Source: a candidate division WOR-3 bacterium (GTDB taxonomy: Bacteria; Hydrothermota; Hydrothermia; Hydrothermales; Hydrothermaceae). Taken from it: a stretch of DNA of 36,814 nt. The stretch covers positions 1-36,814 of the forward strand of contig JBDRZD010000009.1 of assembly GCA_039803745.1 (NCBI GenBank), read 5' to 3'. Numbering within the stretch: the first letter of the stretch is position 1; the number at the start of each line of letters is the position of its first letter. The notes under the pieces are model-generated. The model worked only from the letters and a program-made list of their open reading frames with translations, was not told the DNA's origin and searched no databases. A program made the position numbers and the translations under genes. Of this stretch, positions 23,030 to 32,707 are shown piece after piece.

Positions 23030-26000
23030 AAGAACTTTCTGATTTTTCTCTTCATATTGAAAATTTCTTAAAAAAAATTCAGAAAAATTCCTATAGAATA
23101 TTTGAAATTTCAGAAAATATACAAAAGGATTGGGCAGTTTTTAAAGATGAATTGTCTTTAATAGAAAATAAACTTCATGAAACTGATAGAATTTTCGATG
23201 AAGTTGTCTTCAATATAAACAGGATTTTTGATGACACAGGTTTCTTATTAGAAAAATTGGAAGAGTTTGGTGGATTCCTTAAAGAGAAATATCATCAATT
23301 TTTAATTATTATAAATTCTTTAAAAAAAATAGAAGAGCTTGGTAATGATTTAATAAATATTTTTGAAGATATATTTTTTATTTCAAGAAATGTGGAGATT
23401 AAGGCATATCATCTTGGTGAAGAAGGAAAAGGGTTAGAGGTTGTTGCTCAGGAGCTTTCAAAACTTACAAGTAGGGCAAAGGGGAAAATAGATGAGTTCA
23501 GAATTTATCTTTCCCATCTTAAAGAGTATTATGAAAATTCAGAAAAGATTTCTTCTGAATTCATTGAAGAAATAGATTATATTATGTCAAAAAGAAAATT
23601 TTTTAACGAGCTCTTTGAAGATATAAAAGAGAATAAGAAAATTTTTGAAGGATATTATGAGAGCATTTCAGATTTTATCTCAGAATTAAAAATAAATTTA
23701 AAAAATTTATATGAATTTTTCTTAAAATTTTTAAATCTTAATGAAGAAACAATGAATCTTGGAGATAGTGCCTTTAACCTATTTTCCCTTGTCGGTGGCA
23801 TTCATGAAACAATAGAGTTCAATGAGGATATTTTAAAAAATCTCAAAAACGAGGAGAAGAGGAATTTTCCAAGGGAAAAGATAAATTTACTTTTGAAAGA
23901 CCTTGAAAATATTATAAAAGGTGTTGAAAAGGGGGTCAATAGAATTGAAGAGAATTTAAAAAAATGGAGCGAACTTAGAGCAGATTTTGAAAAATATTTT
24001 ACTTTCAAAGAGGGAAAGTTAAAGGAAGGAGTTAAAAAAATAGAGAGTATATTTGGTGAGAATTTTAGAAATAATATGAATTTAGTAGAAAAGGAGTGCT
24101 ATTCCATTCTGGATTCAATAAAAAAAATATTTAAATACCTTGATGAAGTGCAGAAGATTGAAAGTAAAACTGGTAACGAACTCAAATTCCTCAAGAAATC
24201 AGGATTTTTATTTAAGAATTTAATTAAAGATGGAGAGATTTTATCTATTTATTCAATGATAGAAGCAAAAAGAGCATTTCTTGAAGAGGAAATAATTACA
24301 AAAGGATTAAAATCTTTGATTTATAAAGGAGAAGAGAATATCAAAGAAATTATAGAGATAATTCATTCACTGGAAAAGAGCAAATTGTATAAAGGTTTAG
24401 AAATTGAATTTACTGATACTTTAAAAAAGACAGAAAGTCTTAAAGAAGGGATTCTTCATCTCGGTGAGAAAATTGAAGAGATATTTAAAATAACAAATTA
24501 TCTTTTAACTTTTGAGAAAAAAGTTTATGAGTGGAGAGAAAATTTGCAAGGCGTTATTGAGGAATTTTCTCGATACGAGAAAGATATAAAAGAGGAAATT
24601 AAACTTACAAAGGAAAAAAATGAGGAATTTTTTAAAGCCACTCAAAAACTAAGAGCCTTTGAAATCCCAAGGATTCAAAAGAATAGAAAAGAAATTTTAA
24701 AACTTGTTTTAACTTCTGACCCTGTAACCTTGAATCCTTATTTTTCAGAGGATGCAATTTCAAACACAATAATATCAAAAATTCATAATACTCTTTTTGT
24801 TCTTTCACCGGTTTCGACAAAAATTTTGCCTTTAATTATTGAAGGTTTTGAAATTTCAACAGATGGGCTCAAATATAAATTAAAATTAAAGGAGAATGTT
24901 TATTTTCATAATTATAAAAAACTCAAATCCTTTGAAGTTTATGAGTCTTTTAAAAAAACCCTTAAAGGCCTTTATAAAGAGTTTTTCTTGATGATCCAGG
25001 GTGCCGAAGATTATATAAAGGGAATAAAGGATGAGATAGAAGGGATAAAAATAATTAATGAAAATGAAATAGAAATCTATCTTGAATATCCTTTTGCCCC
25101 TTTTATCTCAAATTTAACCCTTTCAAGTATAAGTATCACATATGATGAGAAGGGCAAGCTTTATGGATGTGGACCTTATGTTTTAAAAGAATATATAAAG
25201 GGTGAAAAAATTATCCTTGAGAGATTTGATAAATATTTTTATGGAACCCCTTATTTTGATATTGTTGAATATTTGATAAATCCTCCTGAAAGAAGTGTAG
25301 AAAGTGTTATAGAAGGCAAAATTCATTATCTTGAATTATCACCACTTGAGATAGAAGAACTCAATAATAGATTTCCCCAGTATAAAAGACATGTGCAAAA
25401 ATTGCCTGCTCTTTCAATCCACAGATTAGATTTTAATAATGAAAGAGAACCTTTTAATATTAAAGAAATAAGAAAGGCAATCTGTTATGCTATTTCTTCA
25501 AATGAATTTGTTGAAGAGGTTTTAAAAGGAAATGGCACACCAGCAAAATCTATTTTCCCTCCGGGTTATGAGTTTTATAATCCTGAAATTAAAGGTTATG
25601 AAAAGAATATTCAAATTGCAATGGAACTTTTAAAAAAAGCGGGTTTTAAAGATGGTTTTGAATTCACTTTGTGCTACAGTGATAGAGAAGTTTATAGAAG
25701 GGCTGCTGAGTTTATTAAAAAAAGTCTTTCAGAGTTAAATATAAATGTTATAACAAAAGAAATGGGTTGGAAAGAACTTTTAGAGACATCAAAAGGTGAA
25801 GGTGTTGATTCAATAATAATAGGTTGGGGAGCAGATACTCCTGACCCTGATTCTTTTATATTTCCTCTTTTTCATTCCTCTCAAAGAACCCATACCCGCT
25901 TTAAAAATAAGGAAATAGATGAATTAATTGAAAAGGCGAGAAAAGAAAGAAATATTTCAAAAAGAAAGGAGATTTATAAAATAATAGAGGAGAGGGTATT

Positions 26001-26127
26001 GGAAGAAGCCCCCTGTGTTTTTCTATATCATCCACTTATAACTTCTTTAAAAAATGAAAAAATTTTTGGAATTTCCCCCCATCCAATAGGAAGTGCAGAA
26101 ATAATTTATGCAGTAAAAGATGATTAA
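23026..26127 (+). CDS. Soluble fusion: N-terminal coiled coil with degenerate MCP-signalling-like hairpins plus C-terminal family 5 (OppA/DppA/NikA-like) solute-binding domain
   Basis: ISRNVEIKAYHLGEEGKGLEVVAQELSKL resembles the MCP tip. From about aa 557: DPVTLNP, GCGPY, PFN..EIRKAI.YAI, GWGADTPDPD and R..IY.....V.EEAP.VFLY. No signal peptide or TM segment. Confidence 0.82.
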   Translation: MKELSDFSLHIENFLKKIQKNSYRIFEISENIQKDWAVFKDELSLIENKLHETDRIFDEVVFNINRIFDDTGFLLEKLEEFGGFLKEKYHQFLIIINSLKKIEELGNDLINIFEDIFFISRNVEIKAYHLGEEGKGLEVVAQELSKLTSRAKGKIDEFRIYLSHLKEYYENSEKISSEFIEEIDYIMSKRKFFNELFEDIKENKKIFEGYYESISDFISELKINLKNLYEFFLKFLNLNEETMNLGDSAFNLFSLVGGIHETIEFNEDILKNLKNEEKRNFPREKINLLLKDLENIIKGVEKGVNRIEENLKKWSELRADFEKYFTFKEGKLKEGVKKIESIFGENFRNNMNLVEKECYSILDSIKKIFKYLDEVQKIESKTGNELKFLKKSGFLFKNLIKDGEILSIYSMIEAKRAFLEEEIITKGLKSLIYKGEENIKEIIEIIHSLEKSKLYKGLEIEFTDTLKKTESLKEGILHLGEKIEEIFKITNYLLTFEKKVYEWRENLQGVIEEFSRYEKDIKEEIKLTKEKNEEFFKATQKLRAFEIPRIQKNRKEILKLVLTSDPVTLNPYFSEDAISNTIISKIHNTLFVLSPVSTKILPLIIEGFEISTDGLKYKLKLKENVYFHNYKKLKSFEVYESFKKTLKGLYKEFFLMIQGAEDYIKGIKDEIEGIKIINENEIEIYLEYPFAPFISNLTLSSISITYDEKGKLYGCGPYVLKEYIKGEKIILERFDKYFYGTPYFDIVEYLINPPERSVESVIEGKIHYLELSPLEIEELNNRFPQYKRHVQKLPALSIHRLDFNNEREPFNIKEIRKAICYAISSNEFVEEVLKGNGTPAKSIFPPGYEFYNPEIKGYEKNIQIAMELLKKAGFKDGFEFTLCYSDREVYRRAAEFIKKSLSELNINVITKEMGWKELLETSKGEGVDSIIIGWGADTPDPDSFIFPLFHSSQRTHTRFKNKEIDELIEKARKERNISKRKEIYKIIEERVLEEAPCVFLYHPLITSLKNEKIFGISPHPIGSAEIIYAVKDD

Positions 26128-27181
26128 AAAAGAGATAGATTTACCACTCCATTTTGGCAAAGCACCTCATTTTTTATTTGAAAGGATGAAAAAACTTGGT
26201 TCTCTAATAATTGAAGCAATTTATTATGAGTTTGGAGAGGACGAGATTTTAAAAAAACTTTCAGATCCTTTATGGTTTCAAAGTTTTGGATGCTTCTTGG
26301 GTTTTGACTGGCATTCATCAGGTCTTACAACAGTTTTAACTGGCGCAATTAAAGAAGGGATAAAGGAAAGGGGAGTTCCGGTTTTTGTTGCGGGTGGAAA
26401 AGGCAAAGCATCCTTGAAAACACCTGATGAAATTAAACTCATATGTGAGAGAGAGGGTATAAAGCCGGATTACTTTATAAGGATTTCAAAACTTGTTGCA
26501 AAGGTTGATAATACTTTGGTTCAGGATGGATACAATCTCTATCATCATACATTTATATTTACTAAAAATAAAAAATGGTGTGTAATTCAGCAGGGAATGA
26601 ATGAAAAAACTTTATTTGCAAGAAGATATCACTGGATAAATGGTATAGATAATTTGTTTATAGAACCGCACAGTGGAATTATAACCGATAAAAAATGTTT
26701 TACATTAAATTTAACTTCAAAGGATGTTAAAGAGACTCAGAATTTAATTGTTGAAATTTCAAAGGAAAATCCTGATAAAATCATAAGAGAAATAAAAGTT
26801 TTAAAAACAAAAAAACTTCCGAAAAGGCACGAAATACTTTTGGAAGATATAAATCCTGAGAATTTAAGAAAGGTTTTGATTGAAACTTATGAAAAAAAGC
26901 CTAAGGATTTAGAAGAATTTTTACTTATAAAAGGAACCGGTCCAAAAACATTAAGAGCCCTTTCCCTTTTAGCAAATTTGCTCTATTCTTCTCCTTTATC
27001 CTTTCAAGATCCTGCCAAATATTCATTTGCTCATGGTGGGAAAGACAGGCATCCTTATCCAATTGATATTAAAAATTATGATAAGACGATAGAGATTTTA
27101 GAAAAAGCTATTAAAGAGGCAAAACTCGGAAATAGAGAAAGTTTTAATTTTTTAAGGAAAATGGAGGAAATTTTTATATGA
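26120..27181 (+). CDS. DUF763 family protein
   Basis: LPLH.GKAP..LF.RM, DP.WFQ.FG..LG.DWHSSG.TT, SKLVAKVDN...QDGY.LYHH, QQGMN, ARRYHW and FAHGGKD.HPYP. Confidence 0.9.
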   Translation: MIKKEIDLPLHFGKAPHFLFERMKKLGSLIIEAIYYEFGEDEILKKLSDPLWFQSFGCFLGFDWHSSGLTTVLTGAIKEGIKERGVPVFVAGGKGKASLKTPDEIKLICEREGIKPDYFIRISKLVAKVDNTLVQDGYNLYHHTFIFTKNKKWCVIQQGMNEKTLFARRYHWINGIDNLFIEPHSGIITDKKCFTLNLTSKDVKETQNLIVEISKENPDKIIREIKVLKTKKLPKRHEILLEDINPENLRKVLIETYEKKPKDLEEFLLIKGTGPKTLRALSLLANLLYSSPLSFQDPAKYSFAHGGKDRHPYPIDIKNYDKTIEILEKAIKEAKLGNRESFNFLRKMEEIFI

Positions 27182-27630
27182 TAGTTATAATTCAGAGAGT
27201 TTTAAGGGGGAGTGTAAAAATAGATGGTAAAAAACATGCTGAAATAGGTAAAGGGTATGTGATACTTGTTGGATTTTGTAAAGAGGATAAAGAAGAATAT
27301 GTTGATAAGATGGCAAACAAGATAAAGAACTTAAGAATTTTTGAAGATGAAGAAGGTAAAATGAATAAAAGTATAAATGAAATAAATGGTGAGATACTTC
27401 TTGTCCCAAATTTTACCCTTTGTTCTTCTTTAAAAAAAGGCAGGAGACCCTCTTTTGACAATGCGATGGAGCCTGAAAGTGCAAAAAAATTGTTTAACAT
27501 TTTTGAATTTAAGTTGAAAAATTTTGGTATCAATGTAAAAACAGGTGTTTTCGGTGCAAAGATGGAGGTTGAAATAATAAATGATGGACCTGTTACATTT
27601 ATTATAACAAATGAAGATTTAGGTCTTTAA
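27178..27630 (+). CDS. dtd: D-aminoacyl-tRNA deacylase
   Basis: IQRV, LRIFED..GKMN, PNFTL (SQFTL variant), KGRRPSF, GVFGAKM and NDGPVT. Confidence 0.95.
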   Translation: MIVIIQRVLRGSVKIDGKKHAEIGKGYVILVGFCKEDKEEYVDKMANKIKNLRIFEDEEGKMNKSINEINGEILLVPNFTLCSSLKKGRRPSFDNAMEPESAKKLFNIFEFKLKNFGINVKTGVFGAKMEVEIINDGPVTFIITNEDLGL

Positions 27631-28842
27631 TTTTCTTGGTTGTGAAGCAGGAAATAAAATGTTGTTTAAAATTAGTCTATAACCTGGTGAGTTTGGATAT
27701 TTTGATAGATCAGTAGGAGGATCACCTATAAAATGTTGATAATCTTCAGGGTCATGTCCACCTAAATATGTAAAAAATCCTTTACCAAAACTTCCATAAA
27801 TATATTTTACTTCATCGGTTCCATTCACTTCTCCAAGTATTACAACTCTTGGTTTTAATAAATTTTTTCTGAATCCTGTATCCCTTCCAAGAAATTCTTT
27901 AACTGCATTTACATGGTTTTGAACAAGCATTGAAGGAACAGGGTCATATTTTGCAGAGAATTCAAATAAAGTAAAATAACTTTCCGGCCCCCTTAAAATT
28001 GCTTCATCAGAAACATCTATATCAGAATGTTCATTTACTAAATAAGAAGTATAAACTTTAAAATTTTCAAAGGCAATACATTCTTTATAATCAAGTTTAT
28101 TATTTGCATCTAGATCAGGTGGAGAAGAGTCATAGGGAGTATCACATATATCAACATCCTTTGCAGCAAGAGCAATATCCATTGTTGTTGGTGCAAGACA
28201 CATTGAGAATAAGAATCCACCATTTCTTACAAATTCTCTTATTCTCACTGCAACTTCCCTTTTTAATTCCTGAGTGTTTCTGAATCCAAGTCTCCTTGCA
28301 ATTTTCCTATCAGTTTCCACCATTTCTCTATACCATTCTGTATTTCCATAGGCAGGGTAGAATTTGCTATATTGTCCTGTAAAATCTTCATGGTGCATAT
28401 GTAACCAATCATAATTTTTTAATTCACCCTTAATTATTTCTTCATCATATATTCTTGAATAAGGGACTTTTGCATATTCAAGTGCTAAAGTGACTGCATC
28501 ATCCCATGGTTCTGCATAAGGTGGAATATAAACTGCAAGTTTTGGGGCGGTCTCAAGTATTATTCTATTCATATTATTTTTTTCAATTTTGTCATATAAT
28601 ATAGCAGTTTCAAGGTCGCTTATCATCTCAAAAGTGACTCCAAAATCAATACACATTTTTTTAACTTCTTCACTTGCATCTATCAAAAAAGAACCACCTC
28701 TATAGTATAAAAGCCATTCAACATTTATTCCTTTTAAAAGTAAATTATAGATAGCTCCATATGCTCTTAAATGATTAATCTGGGAATTATCCATTGGGAT
28801 TAAAATTCTCTGTGAGAAAATGACCAGAATTAAAAATAACAT
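27619..28842 (-). CDS. Exported conserved FCB-type protein with glutamine-amidotransferase-like motifs (family often labelled 'asparagine synthetase B'; function unknown)
   Basis: PMD..Q.NHL.AYG, PWDDAVTL, YDWLHMHHEDFTGQY, GGFLFSMC, GHDPEDYQH and NSPGYRLILNN. Start set at ATG 28842 (MLFLILVIFSQ) because TTG 28878 is the -35 box. Confidence 0.75.
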   Translation of the reverse strand: MLFLILVIFSQRILIPMDNSQINHLRAYGAIYNLLLKGINVEWLLYYRGGSFLIDASEEVKKMCIDFGVTFEMISDLETAILYDKIEKNNMNRIILETAPKLAVYIPPYAEPWDDAVTLALEYAKVPYSRIYDEEIIKGELKNYDWLHMHHEDFTGQYSKFYPAYGNTEWYREMVETDRKIARRLGFRNTQELKREVAVRIREFVRNGGFLFSMCLAPTTMDIALAAKDVDICDTPYDSSPPDLDANNKLDYKECIAFENFKVYTSYLVNEHSDIDVSDEAILRGPESYFTLFEFSAKYDPVPSMLVQNHVNAVKEFLGRDTGFRKNLLKPRVVILGEVNGTDEVKYIYGSFGKGFFTYLGGHDPEDYQHFIGDPPTDLSKYPNSPGYRLILNNILFPASQPRKLKT

Positions 28843-28849
28843 ATATATT

Positions 28850-28892
28850 ATTATAAAGTTTCTTGAAAAAATAAGCAATTATAAATTATAAT
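28850..28892. promoter_or_regulatory. Overlapping divergent sigma70 promoters
   Basis: Minus: TTGCTT(28873-28878)-N17-TATAAT(28850-28855), 7 nt to ATG 28842. Plus: TTGAAA(28863-28868)-N18-TATAAT(28887-28892), 9 nt to ATG 28902. Confidence 0.65.
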
Positions 28893-28901
28893 AAAATATC
28901 A

Positions 28902-29783
28902 ATGAAAAGACTTGTAATCGTTCTAAATCCTGAAGCAACAAATTTAAGAAGATTTAAGAATAAAAAAAATGAAATTTTAAAGAAATTAAGTGAATTATAT
29001 GATGTTTATTTATGGGAAACAATAAAGCAAGGTGATGGATTAAGACTTGCTGAAAAGGCACTTGATTTTGGAGCAGAAATAATAATAAGTGCAGGAGGTG
29101 ACGGAACCCTAAATGAGGTCGCAAATGCCTGTGCAGGGAAAAATGTAAAGGTTGGGATTTTACCAATTGGAATTACAAATGTTTTTGCACTTTCTCAAAA
29201 AATTCCGATGAATATAATGAAGGCACTTGATGTTATAATTAATGGAAATGTAAAAGAGTTTGATTTAGGCGTTGTTAAAAAGGATGAAAATAATAAAAGA
29301 TATTTTCATATGGTATTTGGAGCAGGATTGGATGGATTTACAATACATCAATTACCTCACGAATTTAAAAAAGCCTTTGGCGCGACTGCCCATGTTGTTA
29401 TAGGAATTGTAAAATATCCCCTATATGAGCCAAAACCAGTTGATGTTGAAATAGATGGGATTTATCATGGAAAATGCTATCAGGTTGTTGTATCAAATAT
29501 TCCCAATTATGGGGGTCATATGAAAATAGCACCTAATGCAGATCCCTTTGATGGAATTTTAGATGTTGTTCTTTTCAGAGAGGCAGGTTTCTGGAGTGAT
29601 ATAAACTATTTCTTTGGATTATTATTAGGGATTCACCATACCTTTGGTAGTGTTGAGATACACAAAGGGAAAAACATAAAAATAATCGGAGACGCCTATT
29701 ACCATGTTGATTCAGAACCCTGCGGGAGAATACCTGTTGAAATAGGATGCGAAAATAAAATATTAAAAATTATAGTCCCTTAA
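28902..29783 (+). CDS. Diacylglycerol/lipid kinase family protein (YegS/DagK-like)
   Basis: LNP, AGGDGTLNEV, GILPIGITNVFA, GAGLD, NYGG..IAPNA...DGILDV and VDSE. Confidence 0.9.
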   Translation: MKRLVIVLNPEATNLRRFKNKKNEILKKLSELYDVYLWETIKQGDGLRLAEKALDFGAEIIISAGGDGTLNEVANACAGKNVKVGILPIGITNVFALSQKIPMNIMKALDVIINGNVKEFDLGVVKKDENNKRYFHMVFGAGLDGFTIHQLPHEFKKAFGATAHVVIGIVKYPLYEPKPVDVEIDGIYHGKCYQVVVSNIPNYGGHMKIAPNADPFDGILDVVLFREAGFWSDINYFFGLLLGIHHTFGSVEIHKGKNIKIIGDAYYHVDSEPCGRIPVEIGCENKILKIIVP

Positions 29784-30716
29784 GAGTTTAATTATTCTTT
29801 CCTTTATCTTTTCTTTTTCATTTTCTTCAACCCAGTAAACTTTATATTTTAAATAATTTTTAAAGAAACTCATCTGTCTTCTTGAATATTCTTTTGTCCT
29901 TTTTATTGTAAGTCTTATTGCTTCATCTAAAGTAATTTTCCCTTCCAAGTGCCATATTAAATCCTTATAGCCATGGCTATCCAGAGCCCTATTTTTTAAA
30001 GAATAACCCATTGAAACGAGTCTTTTAACTTCCTCTAAGAATCCCTCCTCCATCATCTCATAAACTCTTTCTTCAATTCTTTTATAAATAATTTTTCTAT
30101 CCTTTTTAATCCCTATATAAAATGGAACAAAATCCTTATTTATATTTAAACTTTCAATTTCTGAAAATTTCAAACCTGTTTGATAATATATTTCAAAAAA
30201 TCTGGCAATTCTTACTTTATCATTTGGTGATACTTTATACGCCCTCTTTATATCAATTTTTTTCATCTTTTCCCACATTCTATAAAGACCCTCTTTTTCA
30301 ATTTCCTCTTGAACCCTTTCCCTTATTTTTTCATCCACTTTAATCCCTTCTATAAATGGTTCAAAAAGAGCCTTTAGATAAAGGGTTCCTCCGCCCAGCA
30401 CAAAGAATTTCTCTTTTTTTTCATCGAGCTCTTTAATCAATTTTTTCGTATCCTCTGCATAATCTCCTGCACTATAATATTCATCAGGGTTTTTTATATC
30501 AATCATATAATATTTAACAATCTCTCTCCATTCTTTTTTTGGCTTATTTGTTCCAATATCCATATATCTATAAACTTTTTTTGAATCACATAAAATTATT
30601 GAAAATCCAAGTTCTCTTGCAATTTCAAATCCAATACTTCCTTTTCCAGAACCTGTTGGTCCTATAATTGCAGGAATTATTCTTTTATCTTCCAAATTTT
30701 TTATCAATTTCATCAA
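29763..30716 (-). CDS. miaA: tRNA dimethylallyltransferase
   Basis: IGPTGSGK, DS..VYRYMDIGTNKP, GGGTLYLKAL, GYK and TKEYSRRQ; follows mutL. Exact start uncertain. Confidence 0.93.
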   Translation of the reverse strand: MMKLIKNLEDKRIIPAIIGPTGSGKGSIGFEIARELGFSIILCDSKKVYRYMDIGTNKPKKEWREIVKYYMIDIKNPDEYYSAGDYAEDTKKLIKELDEKKEKFFVLGGGTLYLKALFEPFIEGIKVDEKIRERVQEEIEKEGLYRMWEKMKKIDIKRAYKVSPNDKVRIARFFEIYYQTGLKFSEIESLNINKDFVPFYIGIKKDRKIIYKRIEERVYEMMEEGFLEEVKRLVSMGYSLKNRALDSHGYKDLIWHLEGKITLDEAIRLTIKRTKEYSRRQMSFFKNYLKYKVYWVEENEKEKIKERIIKLLRDYNF

Positions 30717-32325
30717 TACTCATCTCATAAATTACAGGTCTACCATGGGGACAGAAAATAGGGTCTTCAAGGGAAAATAATTCTGAAATTAAGGCGAGCA
30801 TTTCATTCTCGTTTAAAATGTCTCCTGATTTTATTGCTGATTTGCAGGCAATTGTTTTGATCAGATTCTCAATATCAATCTTTGGTTTTTCACCTTTAAT
30901 CTCATTTAATATTTCAATAAAGTTTTCCTTTTTAAAATTTTTAAAAATTGAAGGGATTTTGTCAAGGGAGATGGTATTTCTTCCTAAAAGAGTTATTCCA
31001 AAACCAAGTAATTCAAGAGTTTCATGAAATCTTGTAAGTGTTCTCATAGAAGTTGCGTCAAGATTAAAAACGAGTGGAAATAAAAGATTTTGTGGAGTGT
31101 AATTTCTTTTTTTTAATTTTTCATAAAGAATTTTTTCATGGGCGGTATGCTGGTCGATTATTACTATTCCTTTATTCATTATCAAAACAATATATTTTTT
31201 ATCAATCTGATATATGTTTTTAAAGTCAATCTTTATTTTTTCTTCCTCTTTTGGGGTTTCTCCAAATTCAAGTTGTTTTACTTCTTCTTTAACAAATTTT
31301 CTTATTTCGCTTTTCAAATCCTTTATTTTAAAAGAATAAATCGGTTCAAGCACTTTTTCCTTTATCTTTTTTTCAATATCCTCTTTTATCCTTTGATATA
31401 TTCTCAATGAATTTGAAAATTTCACTTCTATCTTTTGGGGATGAACATTTACATCAATTTCTTTTGGTGAAATAAATAAGAATAAAATATAATCTGGATA
31501 TTTTTCAGGAGTTTTATATATGCTGTTTAAAACCTGGCTCATTTTCTTATCAATTACAGGTCTTTGATTTACAAATAAAAATCTTATATTTTGTGAACTC
31601 TTTAGAAATTCTTTTTTTGAGATAAAAATATAATAGGAAAAATTTTTTAAATCACTTTTAATTTCGTAAAATTCCTTTAAAAATTCTTCTCCATATATTT
31701 GAACAATTCTTTCTTTAATGCTACTTGCTTTTTCAAGATTATAAATTCTTTCTTCTTCATCATCAAGTATAAAAGAAATGTTAGGATTTGCAATTGCAAA
31801 TTGAATAAATATTTCTATTATCTTTTTTGTCTCATTTTCTTTTCCTGAAAGGAATTTTCTTCTTGCAGGAAATTTATAAAATAAATCTTCTACAATACAT
31901 GTTGTTCCTTTACGTGATGGACATGGCTTTTTTTCCTTCAAAATCCCGTCTTCAAAATAAAATTCATAACCCATTCCAGAATTATCAATACTTGTTCTTA
32001 TTGTAAGTTTTGATACAGTGGCAATTGAATGAAGTGCTTCTCCTCTGAATCCAAATGTAGTAAGTTTTTCAATGTCTTCAAGAGTCTTAATCTTTGAGGT
32101 TGTATATCTTTTTACTGCAATTTCAACCTCATCATAATTTATTCCAGTTCCATTATCACTAACTATAATCCTCTTCTTTCCGCCTTCTTTAATCTTTACA
32201 TAAATTTCATCAGCACCTGCATCTATTGAATTTTCCATAAGCTCTTTCACACAATTTGAAGGGTAATTTATTACTTCACCTGCTGCTATGTATTTATATA
32301 CACTTTCCGGTAAAGGAGTTATCAT
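30685..32325 (-). CDS. mutL: DNA mismatch repair endonuclease MutL
   Basis: IAAGEVI, VKELMENSIDAGA, GFRGEAL, DVNVHP.K.EV, endonuclease motif DQHTAHEKILYE, ACK and CPHGRP. Confidence 0.97.
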   Translation of the reverse strand: MITPLPESVYKYIAAGEVINYPSNCVKELMENSIDAGADEIYVKIKEGGKKRIIVSDNGTGINYDEVEIAVKRYTTSKIKTLEDIEKLTTFGFRGEALHSIATVSKLTIRTSIDNSGMGYEFYFEDGILKEKKPCPSRKGTTCIVEDLFYKFPARRKFLSGKENETKKIIEIFIQFAIANPNISFILDDEEERIYNLEKASSIKERIVQIYGEEFLKEFYEIKSDLKNFSYYIFISKKEFLKSSQNIRFLFVNQRPVIDKKMSQVLNSIYKTPEKYPDYILFLFISPKEIDVNVHPQKIEVKFSNSLRIYQRIKEDIEKKIKEKVLEPIYSFKIKDLKSEIRKFVKEEVKQLEFGETPKEEEKIKIDFKNIYQIDKKYIVLIMNKGIVIIDQHTAHEKILYEKLKKRNYTPQNLLFPLVFNLDATSMRTLTRFHETLELLGFGITLLGRNTISLDKIPSIFKNFKKENFIEILNEIKGEKPKIDIENLIKTIACKSAIKSGDILNENEMLALISELFSLEDPIFCPHGRPVIYEMSIDEIDKKFGR

Positions 32326-32707
32326 TTTTTATTTTGAGTGAATTTAAATAATCCTGAAGCAAAACTGCTGCTGCATTCTTATGTGACTCTTTTTTCAAAT
32401 CCTTTACAATCTTTGTTGTAAATCTTTCGTCCCATAAAATTGTCTCAATCTTAAATTTTTCTTCAATTTCTTTTTTAAATTTTTTTATTTCCTCGCACAT
32501 CTCTATTTCTTTCCCGGACATTGTAAGGGGAAGACCGATTATTATTTTCTCTATTTCAAATTCTTTTAAAATTTTATCAATTTCCTCTAAAATATTCTTT
32601 TCCTCTAAATTTATTTCTTTTAATGGATTTGCAATCACTTTCAGTGGATCTGATATCGCGATTCCTATCCATTTTTTTCCATAATCTATTCCGAGAATTC
32701 TACCCAT
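32294..32707 (-). CDS. ruvX: YqgF/RuvX family pre-16S rRNA nuclease
   Basis: ILGIDYG.KWIGIAISD, IIGLP, WDERFTT and AA..LLQDYL. Confidence 0.9.
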   Translation of the reverse strand: MGRILGIDYGKKWIGIAISDPLKVIANPLKEINLEEKNILEEIDKILKEFEIEKIIIGLPLTMSGKEIEMCEEIKKFKKEIEEKFKIETILWDERFTTKIVKDLKKESHKNAAAVLLQDYLNSLKIKNDNSFTGKCI

